Source: Thermoanaerobaculia bacterium (lineage in GTDB: Bacteria; Acidobacteriota; Thermoanaerobaculia; Multivoradales; Multivoraceae). From it: DNA of 64,000 bases. The stretch covers positions 5,056,001-5,120,000 of the forward strand of contig OY761158.1 in NCBI GenBank assembly GCA_963664405.1, written 5' to 3'. Both the position numbers and the translations under genes were made by a program. The notes under the pieces are model-generated. The model was not told the origin of the DNA. It saw only the letters and a program-made list of their open reading frames with translations, and searched no databases. Shown here piece by piece: positions 8,473-17,466 of the stretch (positions within the stretch are counted from its first letter, which is position 1; every line of letters begins with the position of its first letter).

Positions 8473-10689
8473 TCAGCCGTCGCCCAGGTCGACCCGTTGC
8501 AACGCCGCCTTGGTGACGATGCGCAACTGATCCGCGTCTTCGTGACCTCCGGCGTTGACCCCGCCGCCTTTGAGATCGATGACGATCGTTCTCCTGTCTT
8601 CGAGGATCTTCCAACTGTCGTCACCGGCTGCGACAGACGTGCGGCGCTCCCCCGCTCCGCCGAAATTGGGGTTGGCAAAGGCGAGAAAGTCGCTACCGGG
8701 GAGAGTCCTCAAACCAACCGAGACACCGAGGATCTCGTCGTCGAAGGTGATCCTCGCGCCCTCGAGCTTGGTGGCGGCGGTGGGGTTGTAGTGAAAGAGG
8801 TAGCTGTGAACCACCGTGCCGGCGGCAATAGAAGCCCCCGACGGCGGATGGCTCTCGTCGTAGGTCGCGGCTGCACCATCGCTGTCAACCTTCAGATCCT
8901 CCTCGAGGGTCGCGAACTGCCGCTCGACCACCAGCTCCGCCCGGCCCGCCGGTGTATTCCGACCGGCCGCCGACAGGTCGTCCGGAACGGTGTCGTCATC
9001 TTTGTCACCGAGAATCTCGACTCGCTCAGCCGAGGCGATACGGGTGTCGTAGTCGGCGCCGTCGCGGCTGGCCGCGGCCTCGACCTCGAACCAGGTGGTG
9101 AGCTCTTCGCGCAGGGATGCGAAGATCCGCTGGATCTCTTGTGGCTTCGAGGCGATGTTCGCGCTGGTGGCGACCGCCGCCGCCTCACGCGGGTCTTCGA
9201 TCAGGTCGTAGAGCTCCCACGTTCTTCCATGGCTGTTGGTGATCAACTTGTAGCTGTCATCGATGATCGACCGCCCGCCGCCGACCTTGGTCAACCCTCC
9301 ACCCCGGCCACGACCGGCGCTGTCGCAGTCCTCGGGCTCGTCGGCACCACGCTCAGGGGAGGGATCTCCACAGTGCTCGAACTCGATACGGCCGGCACGC
9401 CGAGTGGAGCGATCGCCGAAGATCACCTCGGTCATCGACTCGCCGTCGAGCGGCCGTGCATCGGGCATCTCCAGGCCCCAAATATCCATCAGCGTCGGCA
9501 GATAGTCGTGAGTGATCATCGCGGTATCGGTCTCGCCGGGAGCGATGTGCCCGGGCCACTCGATCAGGCCTGGCACGCGCACGCCGCCCTCCCAGAGGGC
9601 GCCCTTCCGGCCACGCAGCCCGCCGGTCGCGTTGTCCCAAAGGGGCGTACCGGGAGTCGCCGTGCCACGACTCTGCGACGGACCGGCACCGTTGTCGGAA
9701 GTGAAGCTGAGCAGGGTTTCACCCTCGATGCCGATGCTGCGCAGATGGGCGCGCAGCCGGCCGATCTCATGATCCATCGCCGTGAGCTGGGAGTAGAGCG
9801 TCTTCGCCCTGTCGTCGATCTGCGCCTGCTCGGCGGCGCTGTAAAAGATGTCCAGGGTCTTCTGGTGCAACCGCACCGGAACGTGGGGAGTGTGGAACCA
9901 GACCACGGCGAGGAAGGGGCGCTTCGCCGCGACCGCATCGTCGATGAGGCGGATGGTCTCGCGGATGACGATCGCCGAATCGTCGCCCGCGAGATCGGGC
10001 GAGTCGATGTCGACGGACTCCTCGTGGCCGGTAAAGTAATGGCCGCCGTGAAAGTTGCCCTCACTGGGGAGCGGGCCCGCCGGATCCCTGCGCATCGGCT
10101 CGAAGGTCGGCACCGCCTGCGGCGTGACGAAGCTGCGATCGTAGCCATGGTGCCAGGGCGCCGAGTAGAACTGACCGCCGGTGGTACCTTGGCATCCACG
10201 TGGCGCCCACTCGCCGTCGGCACCGGGGCAGTGGGCGAATTCGCCTCCGCCCCTCTCGGCTGCCTTGTCCAGATCGCCCAGGTGCCACTTGCCGAAGTGC
10301 CCGGTCATATACCCTTGCGTTTTGGCCAGCTCGGCCACCGTCAGCTCGAGATTCTTCATGCCACCGTCGTAGGCGTTGTCGACGTCGTTGCGGCGCGGGC
10401 CGCGGCCGGTTATGAACGAGGCCCGCGTCGGGCTGCAGCGCGACGAAGCGGCATACATGCGGTTGAATTTGAGGCCCCCTTCGGCCATCGCCCGCAGGCT
10501 GGGTGTCTTGAGCTGAGGATGGCCTGGGTAGACATTGCCGGGGCTCAGCTTCTCCGGATAGTCGACATCGCCCCAGCCCTGGTCGTCACTCAACATCAGA
10601 ATGACGTTGGGTCGCGACGGCGGCACCTTGGCAAGCGCCGCAACCGCGAAGCTCGAGAAAAGGACGCTGATCAGTGCTGTTCGTACCAT
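8473..10689 (-). CDS. Secreted Cys-type sulfatase with extra C-terminal beta domain, paralog A
   Basis: RPNVILMLSDDQGWGD, CSPTRASFITGR, GYMTGHFGKWHLG, FTSDNG, LWEGGVRVP. Start placed at MVRTALISV (10689). Confidence 0.92.
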   Translation of the reverse strand: MVRTALISVLFSSFAVAALAKVPPSRPNVILMLSDDQGWGDVDYPEKLSPGNVYPGHPQLKTPSLRAMAEGGLKFNRMYAASSRCSPTRASFITGRGPRRNDVDNAYDGGMKNLELTVAELAKTQGYMTGHFGKWHLGDLDKAAERGGGEFAHCPGADGEWAPRGCQGTTGGQFYSAPWHHGYDRSFVTPQAVPTFEPMRRDPAGPLPSEGNFHGGHYFTGHEESVDIDSPDLAGDDSAIVIRETIRLIDDAVAAKRPFLAVVWFHTPHVPVRLHQKTLDIFYSAAEQAQIDDRAKTLYSQLTAMDHEIGRLRAHLRSIGIEGETLLSFTSDNGAGPSQSRGTATPGTPLWDNATGGLRGRKGALWEGGVRVPGLIEWPGHIAPGETDTAMITHDYLPTLMDIWGLEMPDARPLDGESMTEVIFGDRSTRRAGRIEFEHCGDPSPERGADEPEDCDSAGRGRGGGLTKVGGGRSIIDDSYKLITNSHGRTWELYDLIEDPREAAAVATSANIASKPQEIQRIFASLREELTTWFEVEAAASRDGADYDTRIASAERVEILGDKDDDTVPDDLSAAGRNTPAGRAELVVERQFATLEEDLKVDSDGAAATYDESHPPSGASIAAGTVVHSYLFHYNPTAATKLEGARITFDDEILGVSVGLRTLPGSDFLAFANPNFGGAGERRTSVAAGDDSWKILEDRRTIVIDLKGGGVNAGGHEDADQLRIVTKAALQRVDLGDG

Positions 10690-11795
10690 TCTGTCTCCAG
10701 TAGGCGCGCTCCGCGCATGGTCATGCCCATCGAGTAGTTGCCCTCGTGGCAGGCGTACTCGTAAATGCGCTGGTCGGTTCTGAGCCATGGCGACGAGCCG
10801 CCCCAGGTGGCCTCGTAGTCGGGGTCGTCGACGCTGAACTCCCAGGACAGGCTCCCGTCGGCCTGCGGGGTGAAGCGTTCCACGATGTGCAGGCCGTGGT
10901 GGGGAACGTTCGCATAGCGCAGAAAATTGGTGCTGTCGACCACCAGAGTGTCGCCCTCGAACCAGCCGATGGCGTCGCCGCTGAACGAGGCGAGCTCCGG
11001 TGGCCGGTGCTCGACGGGGCGCCCCTTGGCGGCGAGGCGGATGACGCGCGCCCAGTGCAGGAGCTCGGCGAGGATCACGACGTGCGTCTCGGTCTGGGTG
11101 ATGCCGTAGTAGGCGCCGTATCCCCGGCGCAGCGCGGGGACGGTCCCCCTGTCGTAGTAGATGCAGCGCTCCCAAAGGCCGAGGATCTCCGGATGGTCGA
11201 AGATGCGATGCTTGCCATCGTTGGTGGGGATCATCCGCCCTCCAACCCCGGCGACTTCACCCACCCCCATCCACCAGGCGCCCTCGGGATTGGGCGGGCC
11301 CATACGATCGCCGGTGGTGAACGCCGGCCGCCTCTTCTTTCCCTCCTCGGAGACCGCCGGCATGCGGCCGTTCGGCGGGTCGGTGAGGACCGAGTTGCGG
11401 TACTTGCCGTCGACCTGGAAGGCGATCGTGCCCATGTCGAGCAAGGCGAAGCCGTTCCCGCCGGTGACCCTGCCTCCGCCGTAGCCACCTATCGGCGGCG
11501 CACTCCGATTCGGATCGCCGGGAGTACCCTCCGCGGCCAATCTTGCCGCCATCGCGCCTTCGATCTTTCCGGCGTCGGCCTCGTCCATGTACAGGTTGTT
11601 GCCATATTTCGGATGGCGCTGGATGGGCGTCAGTGTGTTGATGGTGTAGGTACCCGTCAGATCCGGCTCGCCGCCCGGCATGCGAGGGATGCCGCGTTCG
11701 GCAGCTACCACCGTCGTGGTGGAAGCAGCGATGCCGACGACGAGAGCCACGACCCTCTTTGCGATCGAGGAACGCTTCTCGCTCGACATCCACAT
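10671..11795 (-). CDS. Uncharacterised secreted protein, 'PDL.G.W...GWFEGDTLVVDSTN...EYACHEGN' family, paralog 1
   Basis: Signal peptide; shares motifs with 44971-47710 ORFs; RBS before ATG 11795. Confidence 0.8.
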   Translation of the reverse strand: MWMSSEKRSSIAKRVVALVVGIAASTTTVVAAERGIPRMPGGEPDLTGTYTINTLTPIQRHPKYGNNLYMDEADAGKIEGAMAARLAAEGTPGDPNRSAPPIGGYGGGRVTGGNGFALLDMGTIAFQVDGKYRNSVLTDPPNGRMPAVSEEGKKRRPAFTTGDRMGPPNPEGAWWMGVGEVAGVGGRMIPTNDGKHRIFDHPEILGLWERCIYYDRGTVPALRRGYGAYYGITQTETHVVILAELLHWARVIRLAAKGRPVEHRPPELASFSGDAIGWFEGDTLVVDSTNFLRYANVPHHGLHIVERFTPQADGSLSWEFSVDDPDYEATWGGSSPWLRTDQRIYEYACHEGNYSMGMTMRGARLLETEWYEQH

Positions 11796-11818
11796 GGTCA
11801 AGTCCTCTCTCATCGCCC

Positions 11819-13948
11819 TCACTCTCCTCGCTTCTCCCCCGCAAGCCGATAGCTGATCAGGCTCGGCACCGCACCGCCCACCATCAGCGCAATGTGCTGA
11901 CGGCCGTCCGATAGATAGGTCATCGGCGTACCGACGCCGCCGCCGGGCAGATCGATCGCGGCCACCTGCTTGCCCGATGTCTTGTCGTAGGCCACCAGCT
12001 GCGGGCCGTCGTCGGTGCCGCCGCTGGTCAGCGCATGGATGAGCAGGGTCTTGGTGAGCAGCGATCCGGCCCGACTGTGGTCGCCGCCGAGCTCCGGCAG
12101 ATCGAGATCGCGCAGAATCGGGTGATCTTGGTAGCGGGCGCCCCGACCGAGCGGGGTGGTCCAGAGCTGCTCGCCGCGGTTCATGTCGAAGGCCGTCATC
12201 TGCGAATAGGGTGGCTTCCACAGTGGCAGCCCCTGGGGCATGACCGGGCGTTGCCGGGGATTGCCCGCCGCCAGGAACGCGGCTTCTCTAGCTTCGGGTC
12301 GTTGCCGGGAGCGTTCGAAGAAGAGCCGGAAAAAGCTGGGAGCGTCGGTGCGCTTCGAGATGTAGCGCATGCCCTCCTCCGCGCTGCCGTCGCGGAAGCG
12401 AATAACCGAGTGACTGTTGGCGGCCGGCACGTAGAGCACACCCGTCTCCGGATCGACCGCGGCTCCCGACCAGTTGGCCCCACCCCCCGCATGGGGTCGG
12501 AAGATCGTCCCCCGCAGGGTGAGCGGCGTGTAGAGGGGGCCGAGGCGGAATCCCTTCACCGTCGCCATGGCCATCTCCCGGATCTCGGGGGTGAAGTCGG
12601 CGAGGTCTTCGAGGCGGGCGCCCTGAGCCGCGAACGGAGGCGGCTTGGTCGGAAAGGGCTGCGTGGGCGACATGATCTCGCCCTCGAGGTCGGTGTCGGT
12701 CGGCACCGGGCGCTCTTCGATGGGCCAGATCGGCTCACCGGTCACGCGGTCGAAGGTGTAGACGAAGCCCTGCTTGGTGACCTGGGCAATAACCTTTCTC
12801 CGCCGCCCGTCGACGTTGATGTCGAGAAGGTTGGGCGCGGCCGGGATGTCGTAGTCCCAAACGCCGTGGTGAATGAGCTGGAAGTGCCACACCCGCTCTC
12901 CGGTTGCGGCGTCGAGACACACGATGCTGTTGGAGAAAAGATTGTCGCCGAGACGAGGACCGCCGTAGTGATCGGGCGACGGCGCCGAAGTGGGCACATA
13001 GACATAGCCGAGCTCGGCATCGGCGCTCAGGGGGCCCCACGCGTTGGCGTTCCCCGAGTAGCGCCACGACCCATCGAGCCAGGTCTCGGCGCCGTCTTCG
13101 TCGGCGCTCTGGGGGATGATGTGAAACTCCCACAGGCGTTCGCCGGTGCGCGCGTCGTGGGCGAAGATGAAGCCAGGCGGCGCCTCTAGGAAGGGGGTGA
13201 AGTCGGTGTGGCTGGTCCCCACGACGATGATGTCGCCAACGATGAGCGGCGCGGCCGAGCGCGAGCCGACCGGTAGAGGAAAAGGATCGTCGGTCGCGCG
13301 GGGAGAGCGCGGGAGATCGGCGATCAGATCGACGCGTCCGCCGTCCCCGAACTCCGCTGCCGGAAGGCCGGTCTTGGCGTCGACGGCGATGAGGTATCCG
13401 GCGGAGGTCCCCCACACGATGCGGGCCTCGCCGTCCCCCTCCCAGTAGGCCACGCCGCGGTGGCCTCTGCCGGTCGGGAGTGAAGCCTCGGTATAGGTGC
13501 GCGGGTCATGCACCCACAGCGTCGACCCGGTGCGCGCGTCGATTGCCGCTGCCTGATCGAGCGTGGTGCTCACATAGAGCACACCGTCGACGGCGAGCGG
13601 CGTCGCCGAGGCGGCACGGATCGAAGGACGGCGAACCCAGAGATCGGGCTGCTCCTCGGCCACGCGATCGAAGACCACCCCCGCAGCCACCAGCGACGCG
13701 CCGCGCTCTCCGGCCACCACCAGATGGGTATCTACTGACTCCCAGCGCCACGCTGGCTCGAGATCGCCGAAGTTCTCGGCCGTGATCTGATCCAGCGGCG
13801 AATACTTACTCCCCCAGGTGTCGGCGGCGTAGGTGCGCCACTCGCCCTCCCTCGCACCCGGCTGTGCCGATACGGAGCCTGCCGCCAAAGCGCAAGTCAA
13901 GCTCAACGCTGGTCTAGATAGGTGCATCACACTTACGAAGTCTCTCAT
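11819..13948 (-). CDS. PQQ-dependent dehydrogenase, quinoprotein glucose dehydrogenase-like, paralog 1
   Basis: KYSPLDQITAENF, GDNLFSNSIVCLDA.TGERVWHFQ, HHGVWDYD, FDRVTGEPIWPIEERPVP, PTQPFPTKP, GTPMTY. Confidence 0.9.
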   Translation of the reverse strand: MRDFVSVMHLSRPALSLTCALAAGSVSAQPGAREGEWRTYAADTWGSKYSPLDQITAENFGDLEPAWRWESVDTHLVVAGERGASLVAAGVVFDRVAEEQPDLWVRRPSIRAASATPLAVDGVLYVSTTLDQAAAIDARTGSTLWVHDPRTYTEASLPTGRGHRGVAYWEGDGEARIVWGTSAGYLIAVDAKTGLPAAEFGDGGRVDLIADLPRSPRATDDPFPLPVGSRSAAPLIVGDIIVVGTSHTDFTPFLEAPPGFIFAHDARTGERLWEFHIIPQSADEDGAETWLDGSWRYSGNANAWGPLSADAELGYVYVPTSAPSPDHYGGPRLGDNLFSNSIVCLDAATGERVWHFQLIHHGVWDYDIPAAPNLLDINVDGRRRKVIAQVTKQGFVYTFDRVTGEPIWPIEERPVPTDTDLEGEIMSPTQPFPTKPPPFAAQGARLEDLADFTPEIREMAMATVKGFRLGPLYTPLTLRGTIFRPHAGGGANWSGAAVDPETGVLYVPAANSHSVIRFRDGSAEEGMRYISKRTDAPSFFRLFFERSRQRPEAREAAFLAAGNPRQRPVMPQGLPLWKPPYSQMTAFDMNRGEQLWTTPLGRGARYQDHPILRDLDLPELGGDHSRAGSLLTKTLLIHALTSGGTDDGPQLVAYDKTSGKQVAAIDLPGGGVGTPMTYLSDGRQHIALMVGGAVPSLISYRLAGEKRGE

Positions 13949-14041
13949 TGACTAGGAGTCCGCGCGGCAGGACTCCGGATGCGCCGTCCTCGGCGCCATG
14001 TTATCTCGGCGGAGCAAATGATAATTCATCATTTGTGGGGC

Positions 14042-14491
14042 CTAGTTTTCGGTGCTGGTGCGAGCCTCGATGATGATCGATTGGAGCGATTCAGTGTCGA
14101 GCGGCAATTCGCTCTCGCCGGCAGGAAAGCCGTTCCTCTGCAGCATGAAGCTGACGATGTCGACGTAGGCCTGAAGGCTGAGACCGGCAGGGGCTCCCTC
14201 CGGCATCGTCGTACGAGAGACCAAGACCAGATCGGCAACCGAGAGCTCACTCCAGCGGATGTTGAAGGGTTCGCCGATCAGGGACGGAATGCCGGCGCCC
14301 GACAGATCGTCGAGGTGGCACTCCGCGCATGACTGCTGGTACTCCTGCTCACCCCTCTTCGCCTGCTCGGTGGTGAAGACACCGTTCCATACCGACGGCT
14401 GGCCCTCAGCGGTCGCCACCGCATCAGTGGCTACGCCGTAGACGCAGCCGGCGAGGACCAAGACCACGACGACGGGAATGTACGAAAGCAT
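14042..14491 (-). CDS. Monoheme cytochrome c
   Basis: Signal peptide; SVWNGVFTTEQAKRG; CAECH heme motif; TMP axial Met. Confidence 0.9.
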   Translation of the reverse strand: MLSYIPVVVVLVLAGCVYGVATDAVATAEGQPSVWNGVFTTEQAKRGEQEYQQSCAECHLDDLSGAGIPSLIGEPFNIRWSELSVADLVLVSRTTMPEGAPAGLSLQAYVDIVSFMLQRNGFPAGESELPLDTESLQSIIIEARTSTEN

Positions 14492-14527
14492 AAAGGTAAT
14501 CTTCTCCAGTCAGCGACAATGCTGTCT

Positions 14528-14561
14528 ATGAGTATTGTTACAGGGGCTCCAAAGTGTGACA
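14528..14561 (-). promoter_or_regulatory. ECF-type promoter motif, copy 3 (upstream of cytochrome c operon)
   Basis: Minus strand T-GTCACACTT-TGGAGCCCCTGT-AACAAT-ACTCAT (12-nt spacer). Confidence 0.72.
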
Positions 14562-14640
14562 GGGGTCTTGTCGTTCGCGTTGGCCGCTTCTAAGCTAAAA
14601 GAAACCGTATCCGCACCATCGCTCGAGACCGCCAGATCGA

Positions 14641-14715
14641 GGTCACGAAGACGCGGATCAATTGCGCATCGTCACCAAGGCGGCGTTGCAGCGGGTCGAG
14701 GTGGCCTACGGCTGA
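14641..14715 (+). pseudogene. Orphan 3' tip of a sulfatase paralog
   Basis: Reads GHEDADQLRIVTKAALQRVEVAYG*, versus GHEDADQLRIVTKAALQRVDLGDG* at the end of 8473-10689. Confidence 0.85.
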
Positions 14716-14729
14716 GGGGGAACCAAAGA

Positions 14730-15776
14730 ATGAGGGCAAGTTTTGCAGGAACCGCGGTCTTCTCCCTTCTGACGGCTTCGATAATCCTGGGGGGTGGCCC
14801 TCTGAGTGGAAGCGATGAGGACACACTTCCTCATTTCAGCTTCTTCGTGACCAGCCTCAGAGCGATGCAGGATCTCTCGGGCAATCCGAGTGGCTTTGGT
14901 GGAGATCTTCGTTTTGGTGAGACGGGTCCGGGGGCCGGCCTGCGAGGGGCAGACAAGATCTGTACCACCCTAGCCGAGAGGAGCATGCCGGGGTCGTCGG
15001 CCAAAGAATGGCGTGCGTTCCTGAGTGTGACCGCCGATGAGAATGGCCGGCAGGTGGATGCGATCGATCGCATCGGAGAGGGCCCGTGGTACGACCGCCT
15101 CGGTAGACTGGTGGCTCAGGCCAAGGCCGACCTGCTGCACGACCGCCCACAAAACGGCGATCCAACGATACAGAATGACCTCCCCAATGAGGATGGTGTC
15201 CCGAACCACCAGCCCGATCCAAACCGACCGCTACAGGAGAACCACCACACGATGACCGGCTCGACGAGGCAAGGAACACTCTTCCCCTCCTGCCCTCGCG
15301 ACCCGGGATGCCGGGACGAGTGCCTGGAGGCGGTCACCGACAACCCCCAGGGCTGCCTCGATTACTGCATGGAAGACGGCACCGACGAGGCCACATGCCA
15401 ACGCCGATGCACGGATCACTTCATCCCCACGGCTTTCTGCAGTCACAACTGTCTAGGCCCCCGTGGGCAGATCGAGTGCGACAATCCTTATTCCTCCGCC
15501 ACCTGCAACGATTGGACGACCTCCGAGGGCGGCGGCGGCCGCGGCAAGGGGCCCCGCATCGGATTGTCCTGGCCACGTATGAACCCGTCCCCCCAACGGC
15601 ATACGACGTGGGCCCAGCATTGGCTTTCCTTCTGGTCCTCACCAGGCTGTGAACCAGGCGGCGAGGCCATTGAACGCTCTCGCGGACGCTTGGACCGACA
15701 AGCTAAAGAGGTGAGGCCAACCGTGGGCGGGGGAGGCGGCTATGGCGGGATCTACTGCTTCGCTCTCGAACCCTGA
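14730..15776 (+). CDS. Secreted endostatin-like protein, paralog 2, with Cys-rich insertion
   Basis: Same core as 5090-5974 plus an insert CPRDPGCRDECLE...CDNPY. Start placed at ATG 14730. Confidence 0.8.
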   Translation: MRASFAGTAVFSLLTASIILGGGPLSGSDEDTLPHFSFFVTSLRAMQDLSGNPSGFGGDLRFGETGPGAGLRGADKICTTLAERSMPGSSAKEWRAFLSVTADENGRQVDAIDRIGEGPWYDRLGRLVAQAKADLLHDRPQNGDPTIQNDLPNEDGVPNHQPDPNRPLQENHHTMTGSTRQGTLFPSCPRDPGCRDECLEAVTDNPQGCLDYCMEDGTDEATCQRRCTDHFIPTAFCSHNCLGPRGQIECDNPYSSATCNDWTTSEGGGGRGKGPRIGLSWPRMNPSPQRHTTWAQHWLSFWSSPGCEPGGEAIERSRGRLDRQAKEVRPTVGGGGGYGGIYCFALEP

Positions 15777-15787
15777 CCAGTCGAGGT

Positions 15788-16186
15788 TCAACGCCAGACC
15801 TCGACCTGCATGACGTCGAAGTGATGGTCGAAGGTCCAGACGGGCACTGCGAGGCGCTCTGCGACTTCGCCTAGTACGGCATCGAAGAGGGTGATGTCCT
15901 GATCCGGATACCTGCGCACCCGCTCGCACGCGGCCTCGACGTCGACGCCGAGGGGTTGGATACGGCCGGTGCCGAGCTCGATCTCCCGTAGCCATCGATG
16001 GGCCACAGAGAGGCCGAGGCGATGAAGCACCAGGGAGTATGACTCCATCAGAATCGGCGCTGCGAGACCGACGGCCCAACCACCGGCGCCGAGCCGTTCG
16101 AGCTCAGTCTGCGATCGCTTGTGGTGTCGATCGTCCGGGTCGACAAGCGCGTAGAGCGGGCCGGTGTCGGCGAGCGCGATTCTCAC
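15788..16186 (-). CDS. vapC: PIN-domain toxin (VapC family)
   Basis: IALADTGPLYAL...E...ITLFDAV...VWTFDHHF. Confidence 0.9.
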   Translation of the reverse strand: MRIALADTGPLYALVDPDDRHHKRSQTELERLGAGGWAVGLAAPILMESYSLVLHRLGLSVAHRWLREIELGTGRIQPLGVDVEAACERVRRYPDQDITLFDAVLGEVAERLAVPVWTFDHHFDVMQVEVWR

Positions 16187-16437
16187 AATCGCTCGGTCAG
16201 AGCGCGATCGTGTTGCTCAGAGGTGTCGGCGTGCCCACTCCCGGGCACGGCCGGAGTGACCTCGAGGGGCTGGGTAGGCGGAGTGAACCTTCGTCGTGAC
16301 CACTCCATCTCGTCGAGGTATCGACGAAGAGCCGCCTGTACGAGAGAGGTCAAACTGGGCTCGGGCTCTTGCTGGGCAAGGAACTCGACGACCTTGGCCT
16401 CGAGATCGTCGGGGAGGGAGATCGTGCTGCGCTTCAT
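16183..16437 (-). CDS. Ribbon-helix-helix antitoxin
   Basis: MKRSTISLPDDLE...SLTSLVQAALRRYL; overlaps the PIN gene start. Confidence 0.82.
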   Translation of the reverse strand: MKRSTISLPDDLEAKVVEFLAQQEPEPSLTSLVQAALRRYLDEMEWSRRRFTPPTQPLEVTPAVPGSGHADTSEQHDRALTERL

Positions 16438-16557
16438 CGGAGGAAGTTTATCACCGACTGGTGAAGCCGGTGCAGTCGAGTCGTCAACCGAGCGTCCGGA
16501 CCGAGCCTGGAGCTCGAGCGTCCCCCTTCTGAGAGGTGCCACCCGAATATTTCTTGG

Positions 16558-16620
16558 TGTCAGGAGTGCAGGGCAACTCGGCAGAGAGCCGGGCCGATCC
16601 GACGTGTGGTTCTGTACACA
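16558..16620 (-). repeat. Copy 2 (inverted) of the 63-bp TGT...ACA element
   Basis: Reverse complement is tgtgtacagaaccacacgtcggatcggcccggctctctgccgagttgccctgcactcctgaca. Confidence 0.85.
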
Positions 16621-16621
16621 G

Positions 16622-16656
16622 ATGTAGTGTACACTTCACTGTCGTGTACACTACAT
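16622..16656. promoter_or_regulatory. Perfect 13-bp inverted repeat, probable TA autorepression operator
   Basis: ATGTAGTGTACAC-N9-GTGTACACTACAT just upstream of the antitoxin gene. Confidence 0.65.
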
Positions 16657-16678
16657 TTCTGACAAGGTGAGAGGGGTC

Positions 16679-16906
16679 GTGAAGAACATCACACTTAGCG
16701 CTGACGAGAGGCTCATAGAGGCGGCTCGCGCAGAGGCCCGGCGAAGGAGAACCACCCTCAACGCGGAGTTCCGTGAGTGGCTCAGACAGTACGCCCGCAG
16801 GCAGCAGGGCGAGGAGCGGGTCAGGGACTACCGCCGGCTCATGGACGCGATGGGGGAGGTCTCGAGTGGCGGTCCGTTCTCGCGGGACGAGATGAATGCC
16901 CGCTGA
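16679..16906 (+). CDS. Putative antitoxin (RHH-like)
   Basis: VKNITLSADERLIEAARAEARRRRTTLNAEFREWL...FSRDEMNAR; overlaps the downstream PIN gene. Confidence 0.82.
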   Translation: MKNITLSADERLIEAARAEARRRRTTLNAEFREWLRQYARRQQGEERVRDYRRLMDAMGEVSSGGPFSRDEMNAR

Positions 16907-17315
16907 GTTCTTTCTCGACACGAACATCTTCGTGTACACCTTCGATCCTCGAGAGCCCGATAAGCAGTCCCGCGCCCACGTCCTTGTGGAGCGTGCCCTC
17001 GAGACCGGTGAGGGTGTCGTCAGCTCCCAGGTCGTGCAGGAGTTCCTGAACGTGGCTCTGCAGAAATTCGAACGGCCGCTCACCGAGGGAGAGGCGGTCC
17101 GCTATCTACAGGAGGTTCTGGATCCGCTGTGCTCCGTTTTCCCCAGCTGCGCTCTGTACGAGAGTGCGATCTCGTTCCACAGGCGGTGGCGATTCAGCTT
17201 CTACGATTCCCTGATCGTCGCGGCGGCCCACGAGGTAAAGTGCAAGGTGCTCTACAGCGAAGATCTACAAGATGGCCAAACAATCGAATCGCTGACCATC
17301 GTCAACCCATTCTGA
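16896..17315 (+). CDS. vapC: PIN-domain toxin (VapC family)
   Basis: FFLDTNIFVY...SSQVVQEF...SFYDSLIVAAA...LYSEDLQDG...IVNPF. Confidence 0.93.
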   Translation: MPAEFFLDTNIFVYTFDPREPDKQSRAHVLVERALETGEGVVSSQVVQEFLNVALQKFERPLTEGEAVRYLQEVLDPLCSVFPSCALYESAISFHRRWRFSFYDSLIVAAAHEVKCKVLYSEDLQDGQTIESLTIVNPF

Positions 17316-17466
17316 GGAGGGAGTCCGATGATGGCCAGGAGGGGTGAGATTACTCCTCCAACGCAATAGATAAACTGGTGGCGAGCCGGGCAGGACTCGT
17401 TACGCTCTCTCGCCTTGCCCGAGCGCTGGCGGAAGACAGTCTCTGGCCCTAAGAGAGTGGTGTCCA

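Noticed and set aside
8497-10737. 746-aa + strand ORF (likewise 38058-40655, 54935-57154 and many shorter antisense ORFs)
   Set aside because: Antisense shadows of well-supported minus-strand genes, expected at high GC; no recognisable motifs.
10690-11175. N-terminal extensions in the ORF track (e.g. 900-aa sulfatase, 645-aa ORF from 19171, 427-aa ORF to 5384, 616-aa ORF from 31930)
   Set aside because: They overlap neighbouring real genes; downstream starts with RBS and signal peptides fit better.
1149-16620. Definite Tn7-like transposon
   Set aside because: The TGT...ACA ends are suggestive, but the outer flanks (gatcg / gatgt) are not a 5-bp duplication and no tns genes are present. Kept only as an unexplained repeat.
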